37,198 nucleotides of DNA from the IMG/VR virus record IMGVR_UViG_3300000956_000008. One strand, 5' to 3'. Numbering within the stretch: position 1 is the stretch's first letter; every line of letters begins with the position of its first letter. Positions 24,169 to 32,094 of this stretch are shown here, in pieces. The notes beneath the pieces are model-generated. The model worked only from the letters and a program-made list of their open reading frames with translations, was not told the origin of the DNA and searched no databases. This DNA comes from an uncultured virus (IMG/VR IMGVR_UViG_3300000956_000008). Lineage: Duplodnaviria; Heunggongvirae; Uroviricota; Caudoviricetes. The position numbers and the translations under genes were made by a program.

Positions 24169-24593
24169 CAGACAAACGACCTTGTTACACAATGGAAACT
24201 GGCTTCACCAGCAGTGACTTCTCCTTCTATCGCAGAAGCCTGAACAGCCTTGATGTTGGGCGTTCCCAAGTTTATGATTTGCAAAGCAGAGCTGGCAAAG
24301 AGAAGTGGTATCTGGAAGACACCTACACATGGAGAGGAAACTTCACGTCTGAGACTGTGCTAGTGTTGACCAACGACAAGGGCGTACAGATCGAGACAGC
24401 TTCCTTCGGATGGAAACGTATTCCTACGGAACATGAGCTTGCACTGAAAGAGAAACGAGAGTATCATGCCTTCATCAACGACCTCGCAGCCTTAGAGGCT
24501 CCTGCTGGCTTACGACGCTGGCACTCTGAGGTTATCGAAATGTTCGAACACACCTACGAAGAAATCCTCTACTACGGAGACGATGATGCTTAA
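24165..24593 (+). CDS. hypothetical protein, 142 aa
   Basis: Operon coupling. Confidence 0.8.
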   Translation: MTDKRPCYTMETGFTSSDFSFYRRSLNSLDVGRSQVYDLQSRAGKEKWYLEDTYTWRGNFTSETVLVLTNDKGVQIETASFGWKRIPTEHELALKEKREYHAFINDLAALEAPAGLRRWHSEVIEMFEHTYEEILYYGDDDA

Positions 24594-25026
24594 CCCACAT
24601 GACCTACGAATCACCAGCTACCTGCCTCAGTCTGGACACGGAGCTGGCGGAATGACCGTTGGACTCACCACCAGTGGTATTATCGTACATCATATGCCTT
24701 CTGGCCTTGGTGTAAGCTGTGACAGTGAGCGGAGTCAGCACCAGAATAAAGAGAAAGCTTTACAACTGCTGGAAGCTCTTATATTTACTGCTGAGAGTGA
24801 GAAAAGCTATAAAGCAGCCATCCTTTCGCCTGTGCTGTCTACACCGGATAGGGTGAGGATGATCAAAGAAGTGCGGATACAAGCAGGCTGTGGACTCAAA
24901 GAGGCGAAGGAAGCAGTAGACCAGTTCTATGATGTTGAAATGGCTATCTTGCACTTGAAGATGAAGAGCCCAATCATCTGTACAATGCCTCAAGGGCATC
25001 CCTCACACTGTGGGTGTGAATGGTGA
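24583..25026 (+). CDS. release-factor (RF-1 domain)-like protein, GGQ replaced by GGM, fused to an L7/L12-CTD- or EF-Ts-N-like domain
   Basis: GAGGMTV...HMPSGLGVSCDSERSQHQNKEKAL; IKEVRIQAGCGLKEAKEAVD. Confidence 0.8.
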   Translation: MMLNPHDLRITSYLPQSGHGAGGMTVGLTTSGIIVHHMPSGLGVSCDSERSQHQNKEKALQLLEALIFTAESEKSYKAAILSPVLSTPDRVRMIKEVRIQAGCGLKEAKEAVDQFYDVEMAILHLKMKSPIICTMPQGHPSHCGCEW

Positions 25027-25145
25027 AGGGCGAATCCCCAACAGGCTGGACAGCCTATGTGCGTGCGTACAAAGAGAAGCATCCTGATGTAATCGTAGAT
25101 TACAAGGAGCTGATGAAACAATACATAAAAGGAGAACCCGTATGA
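25020..25145 (+). CDS. 41-aa hypothetical protein
   Basis: Translated by hand; ATGA overlap with next gene. Confidence 0.6.
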   Translation: MVKGESPTGWTAYVRAYKEKHPDVIVDYKELMKQYIKGEPV

Positions 25146-25336
25146 AACTACCAATGCCAACTGCTCAAGAAATCTACAATATTGCTGAACGTGCGGAACT
25201 AGCCATATACAGCTCTAATAGCCGTACTGCTGATAAACTCATCATTGAGAACGCTATCCGCAATGCTCTGCAAGTGGTTGTAGACCGTCTGAACATCCAA
25301 GTTGCACCAATCAGCATTGACCTGAGTAAACAATAA
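25142..25336 (+). CDS. hypothetical protein, 64 aa
   Basis: AAGGAG RBS. Confidence 0.75.
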   Translation: MKLPMPTAQEIYNIAERAELAIYSSNSRTADKLIIENAIRNALQVVVDRLNIQVAPISIDLSKQ

Positions 25337-25467
25337 TGGACGACTGGAAAGAAATCGAAAATGCGAATGAACCCTGTTCAAGCTCCAACGGTTGGTGTGG
25401 GTGGTGTGGCAAATGCCGTGAACATTCTGAAGATTTGCACAGACAAGCAGACTGGGAGGATGAATGA
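25336..25467 (+). CDS. 43-aa Cys-rich microprotein
   Basis: TAATG and ATGA coupling; WCGWCGKC. Confidence 0.6.
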   Translation: MDDWKEIENANEPCSSSNGWCGWCGKCREHSEDLHRQADWEDE

Positions 25468-25697
25468 AAGAATACGAATTCAGGGTAACTAAGGGTTTCT
25501 GTCGTCTGTGCGAGACAGCCACCAACGCTAAAGCAATCGTAATCCCATTCAGGTATGGCGGTAAGAATGCACCAATCATTCTGTGTGTTGAATGTGTGAA
25601 ACATTTACACAACACTGTGGAGCCAAAGCCAGAGGCGAAGCCTCTATATGGTAGCATTGATGATTGGGAACCTACAATGCGTTTCTTCAGGGACTAG
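25464..25697 (+). CDS. zinc-finger-like hypothetical protein
   Basis: CRLC...CVEC; GGAGG RBS. Confidence 0.75.
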   Translation: MKEYEFRVTKGFCRLCETATNAKAIVIPFRYGGKNAPIILCVECVKHLHNTVEPKPEAKPLYGSIDDWEPTMRFFRD

Positions 25698-25699
25698 TT

Positions 25700-25960
25700 A
25701 TGAGAGCAGAGACAGACACATGGGACACACGACTACTAATGCTCTCCCCAAAGGAGCAACGTCAGTGGTGGCTTGATGAACTCAAAAGGCGAGAGCCCCA
25801 CGGCATGGCCGTAAATTGTAGACACATGCCAAGCTTATCCCGCACTCCGATCTTGCGTAAGCTTATTGAGGATGGACACATCTTGAGAGTGCGAGAGTAC
25901 CGTAGTAAGAAGTGTAACAGGACTGTTTTATTCCTGCCAAAACCAACCCCCGCCGTATAG
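25700..25960 (+). CDS. hypothetical protein, 86 aa
   Basis: Last ORF before the terminator. Confidence 0.7.
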   Translation: MRAETDTWDTRLLMLSPKEQRQWWLDELKRREPHGMAVNCRHMPSLSRTPILRKLIEDGHILRVREYRSKKCNRTVLFLPKPTPAV

Positions 25961-25965
25961 AAAAC

Positions 25966-25992
25966 AGCCTCCTTTATTGGGGGCTTTTCTTT
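25966..25992 (+). terminator. terminator of the plus-strand gene block
   Basis: AGCCTCC TTTATT GGGGGCT TTTCTTT. Confidence 0.8.
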
Positions 25993-26182
25993 GTCTGGAG
26001 AAATATAATCATTGACTTGTACACCCTTTGTGGAACCCAGATTTAAGCGAGAGGTGCTTAACCAAGCAAGAAGGCCCGAGGGCTGGCGCCACGTAAAATG
26101 GAAATAACCTATCGATGTACCCTCAATGATGCATACACTCTATGGGGTGGCTCGCCCGTGGGTCTACCCTATGGGGTGAATT

Positions 26183-26198
26183 CGTTCCACGTGGAACA
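26183..26198. promoter_or_regulatory. parS-like palindrome
   Basis: CGTTCCACGTGGAACA, 15/16 match to TGTTCCACGTGGAACA. Confidence 0.65.
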
Positions 26199-26206
26199 GT
26201 ACAATG

Positions 26207-26308
26207 TGATTCCGACGCACTATATAGAGGACACATTGACAGGATGGACACACGGCAAAGGGTTTTATCATTCAATGGCAAGCCATTTTGATTCCGACGC
26301 ACTATATA
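26207..26308. repeat. 20-bp direct repeat x2 (TGATTCCGACGCACTATATA)
   Basis: Copies at 26207-26226 and 26289-26308. Confidence 0.9.
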
Positions 26309-26407
26309 TAGAGCATCATACACATTCACAAGGACGAACAACTGTCAACATTGGTTAGCACGCAAGGGATATTTGACAGTGCGTACACACTATGAGTGTA
26401 CATTTTC

Positions 26408-26440
26408 TGGCATGCATTATGCTAGGCTAGGATCGTGCCA
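26408..26440. promoter_or_regulatory. inverted pair of sigma54-like -24/-12 boxes
   Basis: TGGCATGCATTATGC (+) and TGGCACGATCCTAGC (-), both GG-N10-GC. Confidence 0.4.
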
Positions 26441-26866
26441 ACCTGTGAGGGATCATCCATTGAATGTATTAATCAATGCTACGCATTGGATAGGAATATA
26501 TTTGAAGATTATGCTTGACATATTTGTCAGGGTGAGATCGCTTCGCTTAGTCTATCGTACCCTAACGGGCACTCAGCCACGCTACCAGCGTACAGGAAAG
26601 GGGTTTAGAACGATTCTGAGGGGTTTTCTTGTTAGCGTATGCTAACGGTTGTACAAAGCTCTAAGCCTTGTAATACGTGGCCTACAGGCCGTTTTAGAGC
26701 CCTTTAAACCGTAGGTTTGGGTCAATCCATGCTAAGCCGATGGCTTAGGTTTTGATATAGTTTTGAGTTAGTTTATTGTTGGTTTTTATAGACAAAAACA
26801 AATCAATTCTAAACGAATTGAAAGGGGTTGGCCTTATGCCTTCGGCATTGATCCGTGCGAAACCTT

Positions 26867-26911
26867 CAAAGCGTAGCTTTGGTTTTATACTACCTTTAAA
26901 GCTACGCTTTG
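26867..26911 (-). terminator. long hairpin closing the minus-strand early block
   Basis: CAAAGCGTAGCTTT / AAAGCTACGCTTTG immediately after the last stop codon. Confidence 0.55.
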
Positions 26912-26914
26912 GGC

Positions 26915-27172
26915 TTATGGAAGATCACTATTAGGGATGAATGGGCAAGTGAAGTCGTATTCATGTATGCGTGTGACGTCTTCCTTGATGTTGTAGGGCT
27001 TCAGCCACTTGGTTAGCTCACGGTTGGCGTATTCATCGCCCCAAGCTTCTGCAAAGCTATCAGAGCGAGCCACAAGCATTGCATGACAATCCTTTTCATT
27101 GTCAAAGCTATCGACAATGTAGTCATTGCAGGATGTGAAGTTGACGCACAAGCTTAGGACAAGGGCAAACAT
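26915..27172 (-). CDS. small exported Cys-containing protein, 85 aa (YebW-like pattern)
   Basis: MFALVLSLC....C......F.....C pattern; AGGA RBS. Confidence 0.75.
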   Translation of the reverse strand: MFALVLSLCVNFTSCNDYIVDSFDNEKDCHAMLVARSDSFAEAWGDEYANRELTKWLKPYNIKEDVTRIHEYDFTCPFIPNSDLP

Positions 27173-27176
27173 TATT

Positions 27177-27266
27177 TTACTTCCTGTAGAGTGTGAACAG
27201 ATATTGAGCGATCACAGCAGCACTGCAAAAGCCTACGATGATACAAGTTTCGGTGATGGTTAGCAT
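27177..27266 (-). CDS. 29-aa single-TM microprotein
   Basis: AAGGAG RBS and own promoter. Confidence 0.7.
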   Translation of the reverse strand: MLTITETCIIVGFCSAAVIAQYLFTLYRK

Positions 27267-27291
27267 GATGTTCTCCTTTGTGTGTGACAGC

Positions 27292-27320
27292 ATCTTATCA
27301 ACCATCACACACCAGAGCAA
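27292..27320 (-). promoter_or_regulatory. early sigma70 promoter
   Basis: TTGCTC-N17-TAAGAT. Confidence 0.65.
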
Positions 27321-27328
27321 GCTTTTAT

Positions 27329-27577
27329 TTACAATTCTTCACTGTAGGACGCCACTTTAGGAGTAGCCATCAAGGTGAATTTGTAGACACCGCCAGCAGC
27401 CATCAGAGACTTAATCACAGCAGCTTTGCCTTCGGCTTGTGCTTTGTCGTCGCCCAGTTGAATCAGGCAAAAGTGAGTGTAGGCTGGCTTTTCGCCTGTC
27501 CAATCCATGCCAGACTTGACAGATACATTCAAGCTGAATGTGTGGCCGTAGACGCTTACAGTGTTTTCCAGTTTCAT
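27329..27577 (-). CDS. early hypothetical protein, 82 aa
   Basis: Own promoter; CATCATG start context. Confidence 0.8.
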   Translation of the reverse strand: MKLENTVSVYGHTFSLNVSVKSGMDWTGEKPAYTHFCLIQLGDDKAQAEGKAAVIKSLMAAGGVYKFTLMATPKVASYSEEL

Positions 27578-27631
27578 GATGTTACCCTATCTAGAGTGGG
27601 GTTGGCTTGATTGCCTTGCCCCTTGAAATAC

Positions 27632-27660
27632 ATTCTAGACCCATGGAAAAGGCATTGCAA
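27632..27660 (-). promoter_or_regulatory. early sigma70 promoter
   Basis: TTGCAA-N17-TAGAAT. Confidence 0.7.
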
Positions 27661-27665
27661 GCGGA

Positions 27666-27893
27666 TTATGAAATTATTTTCATACGGATCATGTCCGATT
27701 TCCAACGATTTTCTAAGCAAGGGGAGAATTCTGGCCACACCTTGTGAGCCTTCCCATACTTCATTATCTCTTTAGCATAAGCCATTGCTGCATCTTTTGC
27801 GGCAAATAGTTTAGGCTCAAACTGAGGGCCAATAGAGCCTGTTACCAGCACACAATCCCCGCTTCCCACGTCTGTTCTGTCTACGATAGGCAT
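27666..27893 (-). CDS. early hypothetical protein, 75 aa
   Basis: GAGGA RBS. Confidence 0.75.
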   Translation of the reverse strand: MPIVDRTDVGSGDCVLVTGSIGPQFEPKLFAAKDAAMAYAKEIMKYGKAHKVWPEFSPCLENRWKSDMIRMKIIS

Positions 27894-27905
27894 TTGATTT
27901 ATTCC

Positions 27906-28148
27906 TCAAGAAACAATCTTGCAAAGCATACCCTTAGGCATGATGAACTGCAAAGCGAATTGCTGTGCGTCCTCAAGCTGTGCAAAGCTTTCAAACTTCC
28001 AACCAACGTCTACGCCACCACTTGTGGTGCTCACCTCATAAGATGGCACGTGGATTGCTTCCATACCCGGCTGGGGTGTGGTTTGAAAGATGTTCGCCAC
28101 TTTGACAGATTCAAGGTTGGCGTTGGTAAAGGTTTGAATCTTTTTCAT
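27906..28148 (-). CDS. early hypothetical protein, 80 aa
   Basis: AGGAG RBS before MKKIQTF. Confidence 0.75.
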   Translation of the reverse strand: MKKIQTFTNANLESVKVANIFQTTPQPGMEAIHVPSYEVSTTSGGVDVGWKFESFAQLEDAQQFALQFIMPKGMLCKIVS

Positions 28149-28179
28149 GCTGCAAGCTCCTACGTTTGGTGTGGGGGGT

Positions 28180-28209
28180 ATTCTATCAAAGCAATGCCCC
28201 GCTATACAA
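28180..28209 (-). promoter_or_regulatory. early sigma70 promoter
   Basis: TTGTAT-N18-TAGAAT. Confidence 0.6.
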
Positions 28210-28212
28210 GCT

Positions 28213-28578
28213 TTATTCTTTGATTCTTTTAATCTCGCCATCGGCATAATACACACCGATATTAGTCTCAAGCTGGCCATACTCGCCAACGCTATACACA
28301 TAGAAGTCAACAAACGCACGACCGTCTTCTGTCAACTCCACACCGTGCTTGACAACGAAGGCCCAATCTTGCTGGTCCCACAAATCAGACTTACTGCAAA
28401 AGTCTGGGGAGTCATCCACCAAAATGCTATTGGTGGATACCTTGAAGTCAGCGCCAGTATTCACAGTTGAAACACGCTGACCGGCTTCAAGCTTCACACG
28501 CTTGCAACCGCTAGCTTTCAATGCTGCTTCACGGATTTGGCGTTTCTGTTCTGCTGTGAACTTCCATACTTTGGACAT
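28213..28578 (-). CDS. early hypothetical protein, 121 aa
   Basis: CATCATG start after promoter. Confidence 0.8.
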   Translation of the reverse strand: MSKVWKFTAEQKRQIREAALKASGCKRVKLEAGQRVSTVNTGADFKVSTNSILVDDSPDFCSKSDLWDQQDWAFVVKHGVELTEDGRAFVDFYVYSVGEYGQLETNIGVYYADGEIKRIKE

Positions 28579-28609
28579 GATGATTACTCTTTTAAGTGGG
28601 TGTGAAGCC

Positions 28610-28638
28610 ATTGTATCGACTCCACAACCCCAGTGCAA
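28610..28638 (-). promoter_or_regulatory. early sigma70 promoter
   Basis: TTGCAC-N17-TACAAT. Confidence 0.7.
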
Positions 28639-28642
28639 CCCC

Positions 28643-28972
28643 TTAAAAGCCTGTTTTGAGGCTTTCAATCAATTTATTTTGTTCGCTGATTTCCCAAGCG
28701 ATCTGGTCAATCTTCTTGACAACCTGCCCAGCTTCACCATTGCCGTTGACGATACGGCCAGCGAAGCGTTGAGCGTCTTCCCGATACCAGAAGATGGAAG
28801 CGCGTTCAACCCTGCACCACTTGCCTTGCACTTCGTCCATCGGTAGGCGGATTTTATCGCCAACCACTACAATATAGCCATCTGTAGTGTCGATTGCTTC
28901 AAGCTCTGCAATACGGGCTTCAGCTTGTTTGATGGCGTCTGCGAAGTAGGCTTGAGCGGCTTCTTTGTTCAT
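28643..28972 (-). CDS. early hypothetical protein, 109 aa
   Basis: AAGG RBS, CATCATG. Confidence 0.8.
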   Translation of the reverse strand: MNKEAAQAYFADAIKQAEARIAELEAIDTTDGYIVVVGDKIRLPMDEVQGKWCRVERASIFWYREDAQRFAGRIVNGNGEAGQVVKKIDQIAWEISEQNKLIESLKTGF

Positions 28973-29024
28973 GATGTTCTACCTTTGGTTGGCTGGGAAG
29001 CTGTCTTGCTTCCCTATGTCTGCC

Positions 29025-29052
29025 ATTCTACAGAAGCCACAACACACGTCAA
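29025..29052 (-). promoter_or_regulatory. early sigma70 promoter
   Basis: TTGACG-N16-TAGAAT, AT-rich UP-like region. Confidence 0.75.
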
Positions 29053-29077
29053 CAACTATTTTCAAAGAAAATTGAAA

Positions 29078-29209
29078 TTAGTAGGCCATCCAGCCATCCC
29101 ACCAATAGGTATATTCCTTTGTACCATACTGATATGGGTTAGCTGATTCTGGCATGCCGTTTGCTTTAGCTGCCACACCTTGTTTGTAGATTTCCAATGG
29201 AGTTAACAT
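29078..29209 (-). CDS. 43-aa RMF/CrpP-fold microprotein
   Basis: MLTPLEIYKQGVAAKANGMPESANPYQYGTKEYTYWWDGWMAY. Confidence 0.7.
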   Translation of the reverse strand: MLTPLEIYKQGVAAKANGMPESANPYQYGTKEYTYWWDGWMAY

Positions 29210-29358
29210 TTCAGAGTCTCACGTTTTTCAGGGTTGTGTCAATAGGGGCTAGAAGCTCCTGTAGTGCGTTTTGAGGGGCTTTAGTGTCAATCTATACACT
29301 GGCCTAGCCTACCCTCACAAAACGTCGTGCTTGATTTGTCAATACCCTGTCGATTGAA

Positions 29359-29532
29359 TTATTCTATGTCCTTTGGCTCATATGGCCAGCCTAGTCTATC
29401 CCAAGCTTTAAAGCGGCTCTCTACAGCTTTGTAGTGAGGCATGTTATAGACAAGGCCAGAAGTGAACACCTTTCCAGAGCGAGACACCTCCACAAGCTTC
29501 TTTGCCCTGTCTAGCGTCACTGTGATAGCCAT
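29359..29532 (-). CDS. 57-aa hypothetical protein
   Basis: Translated by hand (MAITVTLDRAKKLVEV...). Confidence 0.6.
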   Translation of the reverse strand: MAITVTLDRAKKLVEVSRSGKVFTSGLVYNMPHYKAVESRFKAWDRLGWPYEPKDIE

Positions 29533-29624
29533 GCAATACCCAACTGATAGACAACGGCTGAAGCTATAACCAAGAAGGCTACAGACAGCACAGTGTTATA
29601 GATTTTCAAATGTTTAGCGTTCAT
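29517..29624 (-). CDS. 35-aa single-TM microprotein
   Basis: AGGAGG RBS; ATGA overlap. Confidence 0.65.
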   Translation of the reverse strand: MNAKHLKIYNTVLSVAFLVIASAVVYQLGIAWLSQ

Positions 29625-29905
29625 GTCAACCTCCTATTGAGGATTGTGCGAACTGTAGCACGACGCAATGCAGCCTTGACAACTTCAGTCACTTCAGTTA
29701 AGCCCCAATCTGCCCCACCATACGCCACAAACTGGCCATTGCCTTTGTAGTCGATTCGCATGATGTTGTGGCCTTTGCGATTCTGGATATACACACGGTT
29801 ATCATGCCCGCCAAGCTCATGACCATTACCCAAGGCAGCACAGCGTAGGCCGTGACGAATCTTTGCGATCATTACTGGATGGGTCAGACTGGTAATGGTG
29901 ATCAT
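29621..29905 (-). CDS. early hypothetical protein, 94 aa
   Basis: AGGA RBS. Confidence 0.8.
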   Translation of the reverse strand: MITITSLTHPVMIAKIRHGLRCAALGNGHELGGHDNRVYIQNRKGHNIMRIDYKGNGQFVAYGGADWGLTEVTEVVKAALRRATVRTILNRRLT

Positions 29906-29931
29906 GGCGAGCGTCCTAGAGTGTTAGGTGG

Positions 29932-30156
29932 CTAGACTTTCTGGAACTGTGAGTTGTAAACAACCCCATTGGTTTCTTTTGCTGCTACTGCTTTGGCAAC
30001 TCCGTAGCTATTCCAACTGGTTTGCCAGATGCCACTTGAGAATACATGAAAATTCATACCACGTTTAGACGCGGCTTCTATGGCTTGCTTTCCGAGTGCG
30101 TTCATTTCGTTTTGCTCCGTTTGTGAACAGGCATCATATCGAAGGGCTCGACTCAT
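29932..30156 (-). CDS. early hypothetical protein, 74 aa
   Basis: AAGG RBS. Confidence 0.75.
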   Translation of the reverse strand: MSRALRYDACSQTEQNEMNALGKQAIEAASKRGMNFHVFSSGIWQTSWNSYGVAKAVAAKETNGVVYNSQFQKV

Positions 30157-30177
30157 TGCAAGCCCTTGAATATGAAT

Positions 30178-30384
30178 CTATTCCACTTTTGCTATCTTGC
30201 CGTCAACCATTGTTACGTTAGCGAAAAACTCACGTTTGTAGCCTGTCAAGTGTGGGCGATTGCAGCCACACAGTTTGCCGTCTGGCTTGTATTCAGGCCC
30301 GAACATGGATGTTTCAGTGAATTTCAAAGGCTGGCCAATGCATTCTTTCATGGCCTTTTTGGTTTCATAATTGAAGATCAACAT
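30178..30384 (-). CDS. early hypothetical protein, 68 aa (ETSMFGPEY)
   Basis: AAGGA RBS after promoter. Confidence 0.8.
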   Translation of the reverse strand: MLIFNYETKKAMKECIGQPLKFTETSMFGPEYKPDGKLCGCNRPHLTGYKREFFANVTMVDGKIAKVE

Positions 30385-30418
30385 GGCGTGTATCCTTTTG
30401 CGTTTGGGGTGTGTAGGC

Positions 30419-30447
30419 ATCTTATCAATACCGCCAACCAATGGCAA
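30419..30447 (-). promoter_or_regulatory. early sigma70 promoter
   Basis: TTGCCA-N17-TAAGAT. Confidence 0.7.
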
Positions 30448-30464
30448 GCGGTATTACTAAAAAT

Positions 30465-30695
30465 CTACATATGAAATTGGCTGTTATCAATCCACTGAAC
30501 AGCCCGCACCATTGCAGCACCGTAGGACACATAATCACCTTCACAAGTAGACAGGTGGCCCCCACAAAAGAGCGAGACAGCAAAGGAGACGTTGCCGTCC
30601 TCCTGTACCATCTTATACACTTTAGCCTCATAGTCTTCACCATAGGCCGCATCGGTGGCACGGGTTAGGATTGTAACGAGTGTGGAAGTGGTCAT
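30465..30695 (-). CDS. early hypothetical protein, 76 aa
   Basis: GAGGTG RBS. Confidence 0.75.
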   Translation of the reverse strand: MTTSTLVTILTRATDAAYGEDYEAKVYKMVQEDGNVSFAVSLFCGGHLSTCEGDYVSYGAAMVRAVQWIDNSQFHM

Positions 30696-30696
30696 A

Positions 30697-30888
30697 TCAC
30701 ACCTCAAAAGGTTCAATGTTAAAAACTATAACAGATACGGTTTCTGCTTTCAAGTAGCAGGTACGATTGCCGTGCTTCTTTTCCAACCATGCCCAAGCTT
30801 CGTGGATAAGAGGTTTACGGTTAAAGGATACATAATACTTAATTACATATCCACCAATGGCTTCGACAGAAATTTCGTAATTATTCAT
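30697..30888 (-). CDS. early hypothetical protein, 63 aa
   Basis: GAGGTG RBS. Confidence 0.7.
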   Translation of the reverse strand: MNNYEISVEAIGGYVIKYYVSFNRKPLIHEAWAWLEKKHGNRTCYLKAETVSVIVFNIEPFEV

Positions 30889-31105
30889 ACGACACCTCAA
30901 AGTCAAACGTCAGGGTTGTGTAGTGACGGGTAAACTTGCCGTCATTGGTTGTCATTAGAGAACTGTAGCCTGTAGCTTCTGAAAAGCGTTTGCGATTGTC
31001 AGCGGCTGTACAACGGCGCCATACGTCACAAATGCGAATGAAGTGCGTCTGCTTTTCAGTCTTATTGTTAATGACTGTCATGATTTCAGACTGATACTTT
31101 GCCAT
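30881..31105 (-). CDS. early hypothetical protein, 74 aa
   Basis: AGGA RBS, CATCATG. Confidence 0.8.
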   Translation of the reverse strand: MAKYQSEIMTVINNKTEKQTHFIRICDVWRRCTAADNRKRFSEATGYSSLMTTNDGKFTRHYTTLTFDFEVSYE

Positions 31106-31132
31106 GATGCTACATCCTGTTTCGGTTTGTGT

Positions 31133-31166
31133 AGGGCCATTCTATCAGAGTGAATGGCCCTTGCAA
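31133..31166 (-). promoter_or_regulatory. early sigma70 promoter with 10-bp inverted repeat over the -10
   Basis: TTGCAA-N16-TAGAAT; AGGGCCATTC/GAATGGCCCT. Confidence 0.75.
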
Positions 31167-31170
31167 GTTT

Positions 31171-31452
31171 TTATTTTGCAGGATATACCCGGCGGTAATC
31201 AGCCTTTGCAAAGTAGACAGAATCCTTCAAACCATGCTTAACAGCACGTTTGCGGTACAGCTCCCACACTTCGACAGTCACGCCACCTTCACCGACATAC
31301 TCGCCATTGGCGTCATAGTTGGTTGTCACTTCAGCAGACCGGCAGCCGTAGTTTGCCATCGTATCACCGAAAAACCGCATGGACGAACGGTCAAAATAGT
31401 GGCTGTCGCCGTTGGCTTGCTGTACGTGATATTTCAGGTCTGAAGGTGTCAT
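31171..31452 (-). CDS. early hypothetical protein, 93 aa (HYFDRSSMRFFG)
   Basis: AAGGA RBS, CATCATG. Confidence 0.8.
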   Translation of the reverse strand: MTPSDLKYHVQQANGDSHYFDRSSMRFFGDTMANYGCRSAEVTTNYDANGEYVGEGGVTVEVWELYRKRAVKHGLKDSVYFAKADYRRVYPAK

Positions 31453-31477
31453 GATGCGTATCCTTTGTTTGTGTGTG

Positions 31478-31509
31478 GCCCATTCTACCGAATTGAATGG
31501 GCAATGCAA
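31478..31509 (-). promoter_or_regulatory. early sigma70 promoter with 8-bp inverted repeat over the -10
   Basis: TTGCAT-N16-TAGAAT; GCCCATTC/GAATGGGC. Confidence 0.75.
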
Positions 31510-31517
31510 GCCCTAGA

Positions 31518-32018
31518 TTAATAGTCCTGCAAGATTTCTTGCATGGCTTGACGTTCGGTGCCAGTGAAGAACGAACGCATTTTTGTCAAGGTTTCACAGC
31601 ATGCATTGTAAATGCCTTGAGCCTTGATGCTGTCTTTATCGTAACCGAAATCGTCGCACCAGTCATGAAAATTCTGTTCGGCGGAACTGGAATCCAGAAG
31701 CAAGCTATGCAGCACGCTGGCCACGTGAGGCGCTACAGCTACCGAATGACGGGCCTTGATGCTTTCGAGGTAACGAGCGCTCGACTTGCCAGCACGACGC
31801 AACTCAAACTCGCCTGCTTTAGTCAACTGGCGGTGACCGGTGCCAGTGTAGAAGTCAGAAAACATTTCCTTACCTTCACGGGTAAACTTACACAACCATG
31901 CGTCACACTCCCAGCCATCGCGATTGCTCGCTACGCCACCGACAGCCATAAACGTAACACCTTGAGCTTTCAGGTATTCAGTGATAGCAGTTTCGATTGG
32001 GTTGATTTGCTTAGCCAT
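31518..32018 (-). CDS. early hypothetical protein, 166 aa (FHDWCDDFGYDKDS)
   Basis: AAGGA RBS, CATCATG. Confidence 0.85.
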   Translation of the reverse strand: MAKQINPIETAITEYLKAQGVTFMAVGGVASNRDGWECDAWLCKFTREGKEMFSDFYTGTGHRQLTKAGEFELRRAGKSSARYLESIKARHSVAVAPHVASVLHSLLLDSSSAEQNFHDWCDDFGYDKDSIKAQGIYNACCETLTKMRSFFTGTERQAMQEILQDY

Positions 32019-32066
32019 GATGCGATTCCTTTTCAGTGTGAAGCGTTGTCGCTTCTGATGTTGGTC

Positions 32067-32094
32067 ATTCTACAGGGTTGAATATCCATGTCAA
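32067..32094 (-). promoter_or_regulatory. early sigma70 promoter
   Basis: TTGACA-N16-TAGAAT. Confidence 0.8.

Noticed and set aside
26207..26308. Direct repeats as a mini-CRISPR array
   Set aside because: Only two 20-bp copies with a 62-bp gap, not palindromic, and no cas genes
26098..26645. ORFs 26098..26358, 26123..26341 and 26373..26645
   Set aside because: No convincing RBS, and they run through repeats and palindromes beyond the terminators
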